Assembly: GCA_000004985.1 (NCBI GenBank)
Contig: GG738904.1
DNA from: Naegleria gruberi
Taxonomy: Eukaryota
Strand: one strand, 5' to 3'
DNA: 64,000 bases
Part shown: positions 10,773 to 22,166 of the stretch, piece after piece
Layout of the letters: every line of letters starts with the position of its first letter
Position numbering within the stretch: the first letter of the stretch is position 1
Translations under genes and position numbers: made by a program
The notes under the pieces: model-generated
The model's input: only the letters and a program-made list of their open reading frames with translations
Databases searched by the model: none
What the model was told of the DNA's origin: nothing

Positions 10773-12263
10773 CTAAAGTTTTAACGAAGTCATGGATGAT
10801 AAACTGATCATTGGAGATCTTGGTGATAGCCTCTTTTGCTTTGCATTCCAATCATTTGAAACTTTCTGAATGGTCTTGTTAGAGAATTTGAGTCTTGAAT
10901 AGGAATCTACCAAGTTGCTCAGCACGTGAAGTTGAATATCGGCAAATAAATCATCTGTTAATGCATTTTGATTATCTGCAAAACTAATATTGTCCATAAT
11001 TACGGTCTTTACAGAATAGAGATCAGAGGGCAAATTCAATTGGAAAGGTGAATCTTCGTACAAGTATTTCTTTACCATTCGGTGTGCAATTTTCTTTCTT
11101 TGCCTTAATGCTGTTTCACGTTTATATTTCTCAATATCAGCATAGCACAGCAAATTTTCAGGGCAAAACGACTTTCTCAAATAATCCAAGAATATTTGAA
11201 ATGTTTCCTTATTGGAAATTATCATTTCAATTTCTGAATCACATTCTCTTTTTTCTTTTGAATCTGCATGGATGGCTCTAATTATAGGAATTAAAATTGT
11301 GAGAACCAACTCGAATGTACTGTAAGCTGCAACTACAAATCCAGAAGGAACGAAATAGTCCACAATCTCTACCACTGAAGCAACACTTAAAAATGTAAAG
11401 ATTACTGCAGTCAAGATTTGAGTGGCAACCAAAAGGAAAACTTCCCTCTTAATATGCCAAGTATCATTGTCAACAGTAAAGCAAAGTCCAATAGCAATAA
11501 ATTCCACAATAAAATAGCAAATACTAATTCCCACAACAAATAGAGTTGAGGGAAACCCTAACCCACATCCTTTTCCAAGTGAAATCAAGAGTGCTCCATC
11601 CATAAAGTAATGTTCATTTTGGAAAAAGCTATCCTCTACTACCATAAGCACAAACCACAGAAAGAGTTGGACTCCAATGGAAAGCCAAAATACTATGAGA
11701 GATGCTGTATTGTTGGTGAGAATGGAGTGTGCCTTGATGATGAATTTCTCTCTTGTCGTATTCTCTTCACGAGCTATAACTTGATTATTTTCAAAAGTTT
11801 CCACAACAGATGTCATGACTGATGAATTGACATTCCTATTACTAGTTGATATACTGTTGTTATTACTATTGTTGGAATTTTGTTTGGCTTGAATAAACAA
11901 GCTCTCTGTGTTCTGTTGTTCTTGTTGCATGCAATAGGAGCTTGATAAAGTGTTTGTCTTTATCAAATTGAATCTGTGCTGAAATACTAATCGCAAACAC
12001 CTCAATATTGAAGGCATTGCAAAACAAGGAGGAATTGAATAGCTAACAATACTAAATATCATACAGGGAAATCTAGATCTACCAACCGTAAAACGGAGAA
12101 GAGTAACAGATACATAGATAAAACTCCCTGTTAGTGTAACTACAATACCACTGATGGTACGTGATTGAAGATGTCCACTTTTCCTCTTCTTTATCACTCC
12201 TATGGCACAAATAACAACAAGAATGATGTACAAAACCAAACATGTTGCTGATAATATTGGCAT
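10773..12263 (-). CDS. 7TM receptor-RGS fusion protein
   Basis: Seven hydrophobic helices at the N-terminus. The C-terminal RGS domain reads ETFQIFLDYLRKSFCPENLLCYADIEKYKR...HRMVKKYLYEDSPFQLNLPSDLY...SYSRLKFS. ATG at 12263. Confidence 0.7.
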   Translation of the reverse strand: MPILSATCLVLYIILVVICAIGVIKKRKSGHLQSRTISGIVVTLTGSFIYVSVTLLRFTVGRSRFPCMIFSIVSYSIPPCFAMPSILRCLRLVFQHRFNLIKTNTLSSSYCMQQEQQNTESLFIQAKQNSNNSNNNSISTSNRNVNSSVMTSVVETFENNQVIAREENTTREKFIIKAHSILTNNTASLIVFWLSIGVQLFLWFVLMVVEDSFFQNEHYFMDGALLISLGKGCGLGFPSTLFVVGISICYFIVEFIAIGLCFTVDNDTWHIKREVFLLVATQILTAVIFTFLSVASVVEIVDYFVPSGFVVAAYSTFELVLTILIPIIRAIHADSKEKRECDSEIEMIISNKETFQIFLDYLRKSFCPENLLCYADIEKYKRETALRQRKKIAHRMVKKYLYEDSPFQLNLPSDLYSVKTVIMDNISFADNQNALTDDLFADIQLHVLSNLVDSYSRLKFSNKTIQKVSNDWNAKQKRLSPRSPMISLSSMTSLKL

Positions 12264-13455
12264 GATGATGGTATCATTACAATTGGCCCATTCATTCTTT
12301 TGAAAGGAAGGTATGGAGGAAATAAATTCGGGACACGTTGAATTACTACTATTAGTATTGTTGTTGTTGATATATTAAAATTATTATTGTTGGTAGAATT
12401 TTGTTGTAATTTAAAATTAATGAGTAACATCCTAATTGTAATGAACAGGCTTAAATTATTATTACTATTATTACTATTATTCTTGTTGATGTTTTACTGA
12501 CTTGTTTGCAAAGTCTCTTTTTTATAATATAGGAAAAATTCAAGCAAATGTTATCATACATCATGGCAACTAATCAGGAGTATCTCCAAACATCATTCAG
12601 AGATGGTACATCATCCCACATTATACCCATAATGATGAAAAGTATTAATATAACAGTTTTTTTCTCATCACCAATTTAATTACATATTTTTTGAAAAAAT
12701 TATTTTTTAAAATATTATCATAATACCTTGCTTCACCAATAATTACTTATGATAAGGAGAAGACTTGATTTCAATATCAAATAAGGCTTCAAAACGCTTA
12801 TTGAATTTACGTGAACAGTTGGTGGAAACCGTTGGTGGACCCAACACATTACGCGCGCAAAATTATTTTCCCTTCACTTCATCATCAACTACAGCGGTAT
12901 TCTATTTAATTCACCACCGAAACAAGCCAACAAACAAATTTCCAATATCAACTATTGAGCAAGTTTACAAAATTTTAATACAATCCCCAATTGTATAATT
13001 CTATATTCTCCAAGACATCAACATTTCCAATACCTTTCAGTCAAATTCTCAGCGATTTCATTCAAGTTATGTGCTTTTTTGGTGACCTTCTCCGCCCTCA
13101 TCAATCCTTAAAAAAGAAAAAAAATTTAAAACACACGCACCATTTTCCACAACAACAACAAAAACTGCACACAACAACAGAGAGCTACAAGAATAATAAT
13201 AATATTAAGAATAGCGACAGGACAATATAAAATTCATATACAAAAAAATGGTCCAAACCTTTGAGAATAATCAACTTGATGATGATGATGAATTAATGAT
13301 CACGATGAAGAATACTTCATCTGCATCGGTATCGAGTAGTGTTGATGCTACTGCTGTTGTGGCCGAATCCGAGAGTAATTTAATGGCAGCAACAAATTCA
13401 TTATCTACAACCGAAAACAGTAAAATAATTCGATGATCATCATGGCAAGAAACAG

Positions 13456-14334
13456 TTGCTGTTACCATCGACATCTACCACATCTACAATACGAGAATAT
13501 TCGCCAATTCATCATGAGCATGCCATGTCCATTGTTAATCAATTGGTCAGAGAAGGAAAGGTTGCAAGTTTTAGTGCATCATCTGTGAAAGATGTCAGTG
13601 ATCATCATTTGGCAGTTAAGTCTCTTGCACAATTATTAACAGAAGAAGAAGAACAACATGATGCAATGAATCAGCCACTTTCACCCAATTTCTTACTCGT
13701 TATCGTATTCAAGACAGTTCGTTTATTGGATTTACTTCACAAACATCACCTCGTGTACAGAAACTTGACATTGGAAAACATTCTAATTGAAAAGTTGCAA
13801 GATGGCAACTTGAATGTCCATTTAAATAATCTCGACAAGTCAATTGAACTCTTAATTGACCAACAAGTCAATTTAACATCCACAATTTCATTCCAAGGTG
13901 ATGAACATGCAGTTAGTTACAATGCTCCACTCCATCAATATTTTGACTTTAACAGAAATGCACAAATTACTCATGGCTATGAACCTCCAGAAATAATCCA
14001 CTCAACAACTTGCGAAAAACCTTTCATTTGCTTGAAAAGTGAAATTTGGAGTTTGGCCATTTGTATCCTACGAGTTCTTTTTAGAAAATCAATAATTATT
14101 CATCCAGAGAATTATGTTGAACAATTGGATGAACTGTTTGGTAGGGAGGTTGATGAAGATTTGGTGGCTACTCAGGACGAAAGTAAGACAATCATGACAT
14201 GTCTTAAGGAAATGACTAGAAATATGTTGTGTCCGAATGTATACGAAAGGTGGAGTTGTGCTGATGTTATTGAGTACATTTGTCTTGCTTCCACTTTTTT
14301 GAAAAGTATTACTCAAGAGTTTTTGAATCAATAA
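13456..14334 (+). CDS. protein-kinase-like pseudokinase (catalytic motifs degenerate); start uncertain
   Basis: Kinase-fold remnants: HLVYRNLTLENILI where HRDLKPENILI is expected (catalytic Asp replaced by Asn), PPEII where APE is expected, and SEIWSLAICIL. The ORF opens at a TTG. The upstream ORF 13248..13436 (ATG, S-rich) is in another frame, so a frameshift or a start at an internal Met is possible. Confidence 0.45.
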   Translation: MLLPSTSTTSTIREYSPIHHEHAMSIVNQLVREGKVASFSASSVKDVSDHHLAVKSLAQLLTEEEEQHDAMNQPLSPNFLLVIVFKTVRLLDLLHKHHLVYRNLTLENILIEKLQDGNLNVHLNNLDKSIELLIDQQVNLTSTISFQGDEHAVSYNAPLHQYFDFNRNAQITHGYEPPEIIHSTTCEKPFICLKSEIWSLAICILRVLFRKSIIIHPENYVEQLDELFGREVDEDLVATQDESKTIMTCLKEMTRNMLCPNVYERWSCADVIEYICLASTFLKSITQEFLNQ

Positions 14335-14492
14335 GTTTCTAATAAAATGTAAATGTTTGGGGTTTAAACATTTTGAGGAGTTTAGAGATATGGAAAATGA
14401 AAAATCTTAATCAACAACTGTTGATGGTTGTCTACTTGTAGATTTTCAGTAAGCAACAGAAAGAAACGAAACTGTAGACGAAACTGAAAAAA

Positions 14493-17056
14493 ATGGAACA
14501 AGACTTTGAATACAATAGCTCATCAGAGGCGATTAGCATTTTGAATGAAGATGATCAAGAGGGAGAATGTTCTCCACTCACGGATCATATTACAGAACAC
14601 TTGTTGGCTCTTTCGTCTGCGGATATAAGTGATGATGAAGAACATGAGGAAGAAATGAGCCGAAACATGGACGAAAGTTGTTATTCATTGTATTCCAATT
14701 CACCAAACAAGAGAATTGAAGACATTTTGAATACAGGAATTAAATCTCCATACAACAATCGACCAAGAAGTGAATTTTCATCAGAAAATATATCAGAATA
14801 CAATGATGATGAATTGGACGAAACTATGCTCACGCCACAAGTCAGAAGAAGTCAACCTCCTCAACCGATTAGTTATGAAGCTGATGATACTTCATCAATT
14901 GAATCATTGAGTAGTTTGAGTAGTTATAATAGCGAAGATTATTCATGTAGTAGAAGTAAGTTTCACTTTCTTTCGTATAGTTTTCAAATATTTTAATAGT
15001 GCTGAATAATCCAATTCTTAATCACCCTTATCATTCTCAATATCCTCAAGTGAGTGCTCCTTCCCTTTCCCTTCAATTAGGAATCAATCAATTTGTCACT
15101 AATCAATTACAAAAGAAAAACATAGTTCAATATCTTCAAGATTCAGAACAAGAAAAGGAAACAATCAAATCCAATGTTGAAAATCTCAAGAAGGAGTTGG
15201 AAAGAAAGGATGCAGATGTCAAGGGAGCAAGAGGAGAAAACGATCACCTCAAAAAGGAAATTCAAAAATTAAATGACAAGATTAAACATTTGACAGAAGA
15301 GCTCACAAACGAAAAGAAAAATGTACTGGAGAATAAGAATAGCTTTTCAATCGATTTGGAAAAGAAGGAATCTGAAATTGAATTCCTCAATTCAAATGTT
15401 GAAAAATTAAGAATTGAAAATGAAAAATTAAATCAAGAACAAGGAATTGAAAAGATGAAACATGATGAAGAATTGTCAAAGATGGAATTCATGTTGGCTG
15501 AATTGAAATCTGAATTGGTTGGTTTGAAGGAGTATTGTTTGGAGACTCAAGCTCAGCTGACTGATGAATTGAAGAGAGTTGTTGAATATAGTAATGATCT
15601 TTCGAATAATATCAAGATTCAGAAGGAAGAATTGGTTGTAATGAAGAGTATTAATAGTGAAATTATAGAAAATTTAAAGGAGAAAAATGATTGCTTGAAA
15701 ACTTATGGAGAATTGGTCAATTCAAAGACTCAATCGCTTGATTTGAGAGAATCGTATATCGAGGAAGAAAGGCAACGACACAGAGAAGAACTGACAATCC
15801 TTATGGAAAGATCACGAGCTATTGAGCAAAACAATGAAGCACTCAAAGAGTTGAATCAAAAATTGGCCATTCAAATCAAATCTCAAGACGGTGCCATGAA
15901 AAATTTGCTGTCACTAATCAAGAAACTTGAAACTGAAAGCGAAGATTTAAAGCAAACTCACAAACAGAACATTAAGGAATTGACTGATTCGTTCAAACTC
16001 ATGTTAAAAGAATCAGTTCTGAAAATGTCATCTGAAAACAATTCATCTCCAGAATTGGCAAAATCAGAACAAGTGAATTTCGAATTGAAACTTGTCATTA
16101 AGAAACAAGAGGAAGAATTAGCCAAAACGAGAAAATTACTCCAACTCTCCAAGAAGGAAATCGAAGATCAACATCACAGATTCGAGCTCTATAAATTCGA
16201 ATTGGACGAATCTTCCAAAAAGAGAGCATCAGAATTGAATCAATTAAGATCTTCAAATTCTCAATTATTGGAAAATTATTTAGATACTGAACGAGAAAGA
16301 AGTGTCATTCAAATTGAATTCAATGAATTGAAATTGGAAAATTCGAGAAAGGATCATTTAATCAAACATTTGGAACAATCTCTATCCGAAACGAAAGCTG
16401 GAATGGAATCAATATTTAAGGAGAATAATTCATTGAAAAATCAAGTTGCCTCCATTAAGCAACAATATGCAGAGGATCATTTTGTTGTGCCGCCAATTAC
16501 TCCAAGAACTCCTATTCGAAAGGAATCGAATACCACTCCAACTAAATCTCGAGTTATTACACCAGCCCAGACATCTGTCAAACGTCCTACCAGTGCTTCC
16601 AAGTCAACCAATTCGTATAACAATTACAACTCAACCTTAGTCAATACTCAAACTAATTCATCCTATAGTTCACAACATCAAAGTTTGAGAAATTCTGGCA
16701 GTTTCGGCTCAGCTGTCATTAAACCAATTTCTCCAAAACACATGACGAATCATTCAGCTTCGAATACAAGAATGAAAGATTATCCAGTAGACGAAACTGA
16801 GATTACAGTCACTACCATCATTCCAAAGAATTCACAATCGTCAACTCGTCCAGGAAGTGCTGGAAGATCAGGTATTCCAACAATGATTTCGTCTTCCAAT
16901 CAGAAACGACCTCCTTCTCGACCAAACAATTCGAATAATTCTAATAGAAAGTCAACTCCAACAAGTACAAGAACTCAACTTTCGTCTACGATTGGATCGA
17001 CTAGACCACAAACAGTTTTGAAGAATTTGACACCTGCCAGAGGACTTTTTATGTAA
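14493..17056 (+). CDS. coiled-coil protein with acidic N-terminus and S/T/N-rich C-terminal tail; two exons
   Basis: Exon 1 is 14493..14955. The intron is 14956..14999 (44 nt, GTAAGT...AATAG) in phase 1. Exon 2 is 15000..17056. The splice makes an ATG codon across the junction and continues LNNPILNHP.... There is a long heptad-rich region (KKELERKDADVKGARGENDHLKKEIQKLNDKIKHLTEELTNEKK...). Confidence 0.6.
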
Positions 17057-17199
17057 ATAAATTTTTTCACAATAGTTTACAATAGTTTAATTTATTGGAA
17101 ATCAATCAATAAATAGAAATCCAAAAAAGTAGGAAAATTGTAACCAAGAAAACTGTTCTGCACATCACTGTCAGCAATCAAAAAAAAATATATTTCCAA

Positions 17200-18513
17200 A
17201 TGATTCATCACGATATTATTTCCGTGATTGCCAGCTTTCTACCACTTCAACAAATGATGAAATTAGAAAGAGTTTGCAAGGAGTGGAAACTAGGTCTCTA
17301 TCTTCATTGCTCCTCTGTGAAATCTTTCCAATTGACCAAACATTTACTCTATTTAATACAAGTACCTATTCCGAGACCTCTCATTTCGGATAAACAGGCA
17401 AGGAATGCACTTCGAGAATATTGTTATTCGAATGAAAAGACATTGTTTAATAATCAAGCATTTATTGCACCGAAAGATCAGAATCATCGGTTGACTATTC
17501 GAAAGATGGTTTCCAAGTGGTTTGGTGAGATGTTCGTGCATGTAGAGAAATTGCACTTTTCTGATGTTAGATTTTCAGGAGATTTGGTTGATGATTTCTT
17601 TTCAAGTCGAGTGTTTTGTGAAAAAATTAGACAATTGACATTTGTTGGATGTCACTTGATGAAATCATGTGCCAAAGAGTTTACAAACAAGATGAAGAAT
17701 GTGGAATGTATTATTTATTATAAGAATAAGTTGGAGGATGTGGATTTGAAGCATTTGACAGAATTTGTGAAAAGTTCTTCATTGAAATATTTGTATTATC
17801 CACAAGCTGATTTGGTCAACTTGTCTAAATTGACAGAGAAGGATAAACTCTCACCATTTTATTATGAATTGGATGATGAGTTCAAAGGAGAGGATGGAGA
17901 GGATGCCAAACATCAGGTTACCATTTTCGATATTGAAAAAACCAAACAATTTCACAAAACAAAAGGAAATTTTCATGAAACTTTGAAAATGTTTGGAATT
18001 ATTTCAAATGAATTTGAAGAATTTTATTACAAAACTTTGGAATTACCTGCCAATGAATGTATTTCACAATTTAATAGATTAATTGACAATGGAATGCACT
18101 TTTTTGATGTTAATTTTAAAAACGACTTTGTGATGGAATTGTTTTATAATCATTGGAGGCACTTTAATGTCATTGATTTTTTCCAAAATTATTTCAATCT
18201 CAAGCGGCACAAGACAGAAGTGTTACAGAAATTGTTAGCAAACTCAAAGTCAACTGAAGAACAATTTGAGATTGTTCAACAATTTTGGCCTCGATGCTCA
18301 ACCACCATAGAAAAGATTTCCCTATTGCAAATCTCCAGGATGAACAACGTGTTGGAACAATTAATTGAGGAGAAAATTGTAGAAATTGATTGGAAGGAAT
18401 TTGAAAATGAAATTGATTTCTGTGGTGTGTTGAAAATTGTTAAACAATGTTTAAGGAAGCGAAAGACAATGGAAAACAAGCTTTCCCCAGCCAATAAGAA
18501 AGCCAAACAGTAA
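17200..18513 (+). CDS. F-box domain protein
   Basis: The N-terminal DIISVIASFLPLQQMMKLERVCKEWK fits the F-box consensus (LP...L..VCK.W). ATG at 17200. 437 aa. Confidence 0.55.
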   Translation: MIHHDIISVIASFLPLQQMMKLERVCKEWKLGLYLHCSSVKSFQLTKHLLYLIQVPIPRPLISDKQARNALREYCYSNEKTLFNNQAFIAPKDQNHRLTIRKMVSKWFGEMFVHVEKLHFSDVRFSGDLVDDFFSSRVFCEKIRQLTFVGCHLMKSCAKEFTNKMKNVECIIYYKNKLEDVDLKHLTEFVKSSSLKYLYYPQADLVNLSKLTEKDKLSPFYYELDDEFKGEDGEDAKHQVTIFDIEKTKQFHKTKGNFHETLKMFGIISNEFEEFYYKTLELPANECISQFNRLIDNGMHFFDVNFKNDFVMELFYNHWRHFNVIDFFQNYFNLKRHKTEVLQKLLANSKSTEEQFEIVQQFWPRCSTTIEKISLLQISRMNNVLEQLIEEKIVEIDWKEFENEIDFCGVLKIVKQCLRKRKTMENKLSPANKKAKQ

Positions 18514-18584
18514 ACAAATAAATTTCGAAAGTCCATCTAAGGCATTATTATTAAGCCAGTGATTAATATGGGTAATTTGTGTAA

Positions 18585-18656
18585 GGGACCATGGTCTAGT
18601 GGTATGATTCTCGCTTTGGGTGCGAGAGGCCGTGGGTTCGATTCCCACTGGTCCCC
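18585..18656 (+). tRNA. tRNA-Pro (anticodon TGG)
   Basis: GGGACCATGGTCTAGTGGTATGATTCTCGCTTTGGGTGCGAGAGGCCGTGGGTTCGATTCCCACTGGTCCCC. Cloverleaf with anticodon loop TTTGGGT. Close to eukaryotic tRNA-Pro. Confidence 0.85.
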
Positions 18657-18734
18657 TTTCCTTTTACTCCCTTCATATTTTACAATAAGGCAGTTTATTT
18701 TACATGCTTTTATTGTTAGATTAACAGGTTTTGA

Positions 18735-20153
18735 TTACACTTCAAATGTTGAATAATTTAAACAAGCATCCAATATAAATTCCTTATCCAATAAAAAGTG
18801 GTCCCTTATGTATAATAGGCATGTATAATTGTTTTGTATACATTCCCTGACAAAAGATCGATTCAAATCCATTGAATTTCCAACTCTTAATAAAACCATT
18901 GCGTCCTTCTTAATTGCCTCCAACATGAGTTCTCTATCCTTATAAATTTCAGGATAATTAATATTGGATGGGACGAATCCAAGTCGAATAGCTTCCTTAG
19001 CATCGTTTTTATCCTTCGATAACGACAATTTATCATTCCAATATTGTAACATATTTCTTTCAATAGACCATTCCTCCTCAGTGGATTGATCATCAACTTG
19101 AGATTGGAATTCATCCTGAAGCCTCTTAGAGGCATGGACGATAGCATGTCTATTCTTTGAAATTGCCAATTGTACTATTTCTGTATCATCTCTAAATCTA
19201 TCTGCATATCTCAGAGATAGAGGGTTCTTTCCAATAGCTTCTTCCACTATTTCTTTATCATATTTCAATGGTTCTTCAACATATCTCAATAAATCTCCAT
19301 CCTTCCTTAAAGCACACAAAACAATTTCTCTATCGTATCCTCTAATCATCTTACTAGCAAACCGAAACTCTGCCGAATTCTTCTTAACACTCTCCAATAC
19401 TATTGTTCTATTTTTACGAATTGAAATATCCACATACTCCAAAATCACTGGCTTTCTACTCCTCTCAATATACTTTATCACAAACTCTTCACTTCTTAAA
19501 AACTTGAAAAGTCCATCCAATTTCAATGGTTTTCTTAACATGGCTACCATTGCCATTTCTTCATCAATGATTAGCTCATTTGCAAATTCAATTGCATACT
19601 CATTCCTATACACAGCTTTCATCATGAATTGTTTGTTCCCTAATAGTGATTTATCAGTATAATTGAGAATATACTTGTTCTTCTCAACCAAGTTCAATAA
19701 AACATCTTCATACAAGCTAAACTCAGGCCAAGTTGTGAAAATGTGTTCAGTAACTCCCCGAGAAGGTTGGTTTTTGGAATTTCTCAAAACAGCCAATATT
19801 ATTTCAACCTCAGCTTTCAAATGTTCTCCTATAAACCAATAGGCATCTGCATGACTTTTGACAGCAATCAAAGCAAGTTCTCTATCATTCTGAATATCAT
19901 CCCTCAAATGTTCCATAAATAATCCACAATATTCCAACAATATCTTTATAAACTCTCTCTTTTCCATTAATTGATTCGGTATTTCAATCGTTGTTGAACG
20001 TCTATATTTTCTACAATAAATATACGAAACAATTTTGAAATATTTCAATTCTCGCTGAATGAAAAAGTAATTTCGGAATAAATTTTTCAACCATTCACTC
20101 TTAAAATTGACATCAAGAATAATAGAAACTCTATCACCAGCACGATCACACAT
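18735..20153 (-). CDS. DUF4116-repeat protein
   Basis: At least five tandem repeats of about 36 aa of the D(R/K)E(L/I)xLxA(V/I)..n..a(l)xya. type, for example DRELALIAVKSHADAYWFIGEHLKAEVEIILAVL, DREIVLCALRKDGDLLRYVEEPLKYDKEIVEEAI and DRELMLEAIKKDAMVLLRV. ATG at 20153. Confidence 0.6.
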   Translation of the reverse strand: MCDRAGDRVSIILDVNFKSEWLKNLFRNYFFIQRELKYFKIVSYIYCRKYRRSTTIEIPNQLMEKREFIKILLEYCGLFMEHLRDDIQNDRELALIAVKSHADAYWFIGEHLKAEVEIILAVLRNSKNQPSRGVTEHIFTTWPEFSLYEDVLLNLVEKNKYILNYTDKSLLGNKQFMMKAVYRNEYAIEFANELIIDEEMAMVAMLRKPLKLDGLFKFLRSEEFVIKYIERSRKPVILEYVDISIRKNRTIVLESVKKNSAEFRFASKMIRGYDREIVLCALRKDGDLLRYVEEPLKYDKEIVEEAIGKNPLSLRYADRFRDDTEIVQLAISKNRHAIVHASKRLQDEFQSQVDDQSTEEEWSIERNMLQYWNDKLSLSKDKNDAKEAIRLGFVPSNINYPEIYKDRELMLEAIKKDAMVLLRVGNSMDLNRSFVRECIQNNYTCLLYIRDHFLLDKEFILDACLNYSTFEV

Positions 20154-20436
20154 TTTTTCATCAATTAATTTTTTAATTAATCACCTCGTTGTGGTTAGAA
20201 AATATGATCTTGATGATTTTAAGGCTGCAATGTTTTTTTTGGATCCGAGTTCAACACACAGCCAATAATTGAAATAAATTGTAAATTCCGATACTCTATA
20301 TTCTTATTGACCAATAAATATAAACATGTTCGATATTGTTCGGTGCTCGATTCGTCCTTCCTCCCTCAACAGAAGCAAAACCTCCTTATTCATTTTTATT
20401 ACATTCAATTGCTACATTGTTTTTGTTTATATGAAA

Positions 20437-21660
20437 TTATTTCTTCTTCTTGGCAAAGAAGTTACCAGAAGAAACCTTCTTTTCATCCACTGAAGTCAAA
20501 TTAGAAAGCTTATCCGAAACTTGGCATGAAGCAATTCCTTCGTCATAGAGTGAAAACCATGGATAATTATTCTCCTTATATGTTTTCTTAGAGATTGGAG
20601 TAGGTGGACACTCCTCTCCAGTAATTTTCTTCCACATTTCACTATTCACAATGTGGACGAAACATTTGCCAGCTGCAGTCAAATCCCAGAACGATAATCC
20701 AAAAGGATCCTTATAAATCTTTTGCTCAATTCTTCCACCAACACCCAATCCCATCTCCATTCCATCACTTTCGTCTTCGGTTACAGGTCCTCCTCCTCTC
20801 AATCTCAATACCAAATGAAGTACACCTCCATTTGTAATGTTGTAATCTTTCAATGTTCTTCCATCTTCCAATTGTTTACCAGCGAAAATCAATCGTTGTT
20901 GATCTGGAGGAGTTCCATCTGCCATCTGAACTGCATACTTGACATCTTCAATTTGATCATTTGAATCTGTATAAACAACAATAGTTTTACCTGTTAAGGT
21001 TTTGACCAAAACTTTCATGGATCCACCACCAACAGTTCTAACTTGTCTTTCAAGTGGTAAATGTGAAAGTGCATCTTTTCTTGCTTGATAAATCCTAAAT
21101 TGAATTCCACCATAATCAGCATTTCCAGTCAACTGTTCCTCAACTGTTTTTCCACTTCCAAGTGGCATGGCAACAAATTGCTTGACAGTTGTTTCATCAC
21201 AAGCAATTCCATCAATCCATAATTGATTAGGGAGAACCATATAGTTTTGTTTCTTATTCTTTCCAAAATCTGATTCATCCCATTCATCTCCAGTGAGTGC
21301 ATTGATCATTCCAACTCCCATTTGAACAGCAAGTGGGAAATCATTGTTGGTTACATCTGATTGACAGAATGGCATGTTGTGGAAACTATTCGAATAGGAA
21401 AATTGAATCCACATGGCTTCACTCTGATATAATGGAATGAATACTCCACCATGTTCTAACCAATGGGCAGGAACTGTTTTTGAATAATCTTCTACTCTCT
21501 TTATTGGAAATCTACCTAAAGAGCATGGAAGAGGATAAGTTTTTCCATCATTGGGAATTCTCAAGGTTCTATGGAAGGAAATTTCTAACGAAGAATCAAA
21601 TAGACGGAGAGAATGTTCTTCATTGACAGTTATTGGAATGTTATGTTCTTGTACGAGCAT
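20437..21660 (-). CDS. protein with an internal ubiquitin domain
   Basis: Residues around 225-300 read [77 protein letters not shown]. That is a canonical ubiquitin fold with the diglycine tail, embedded between roughly 220-aa N-terminal and 105-aa C-terminal regions with no recognisable family. ATG at 21660 in an A-rich context. Confidence 0.6.
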   Translation of the reverse strand: MLVQEHNIPITVNEEHSLRLFDSSLEISFHRTLRIPNDGKTYPLPCSLGRFPIKRVEDYSKTVPAHWLEHGGVFIPLYQSEAMWIQFSYSNSFHNMPFCQSDVTNNDFPLAVQMGVGMINALTGDEWDESDFGKNKKQNYMVLPNQLWIDGIACDETTVKQFVAMPLGSGKTVEEQLTGNADYGGIQFRIYQARKDALSHLPLERQVRTVGGGSMKVLVKTLTGKTIVVYTDSNDQIEDVKYAVQMADGTPPDQQRLIFAGKQLEDGRTLKDYNITNGGVLHLVLRLRGGGPVTEDESDGMEMGLGVGGRIEQKIYKDPFGLSFWDLTAAGKCFVHIVNSEMWKKITGEECPPTPISKKTYKENNYPWFSLYDEGIASCQVSDKLSNLTSVDEKKVSSGNFFAKKKK

Positions 21661-21745
21661 TTTTTTTGTTTACAAAATCACAAAACTCAAAGTTAACCCT
21701 TTAGTATTATGAAAATGAAAAATTGGCAAGGGTTCCCCCTGTTTT

Positions 21746-21767
21746 CTAGTCGCTTGTTTGCGACTAG
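21746..21767. promoter_or_regulatory. perfect 8-bp inverted repeat / hairpin in a divergent promoter region
   Basis: CTAGTCGC-ttgttt-GCGACTAG. It is GC-rich relative to its surroundings. It lies between the divergently transcribed genes at 20437..21660 (-) and 22167..23294 (+). Confidence 0.3.
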
Positions 21768-22166
21768 CTAGGACTAATAAAAGTTTATTTTTACGACGAT
21801 TATTGCAGGGCGATAGGTTTTTGGTTGGTGGATAGTGGCAAAAATTGTTTGAACCAAAAAAAGGATTGATTTGTTGTAAATGTACAACAAATCGAAAATA
21901 AAAAGATATATTTCATTCGCCCAATACTGTACTAATTCTCTCCTCTTGAATAGTACCAAAAGGGTACTAATCTTCCACCCAGAGTATTCTTTCGATTACC
22001 CATCAATAGTGGTGAGGCCAAGATTCAATACTTAATTGAGTGAAATAGTAACATGTTCATTGTAAATTTTACGACTGTAGCAATGTTCATTGTAAATTCC
22101 TAAAATTCTATTTTTAATCTTTAAAAAAAATTCTAGAAAAGACGTTTCTGCACCAAATCAACCAAA

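Noticed and set aside
12765-13230. Short ORFs between the 7TM-RGS gene and the pseudokinase gene
   Set aside because: They are low-complexity (poly-N/Q-like, homopolymer runs) and are likely intergenic or UTR sequence.
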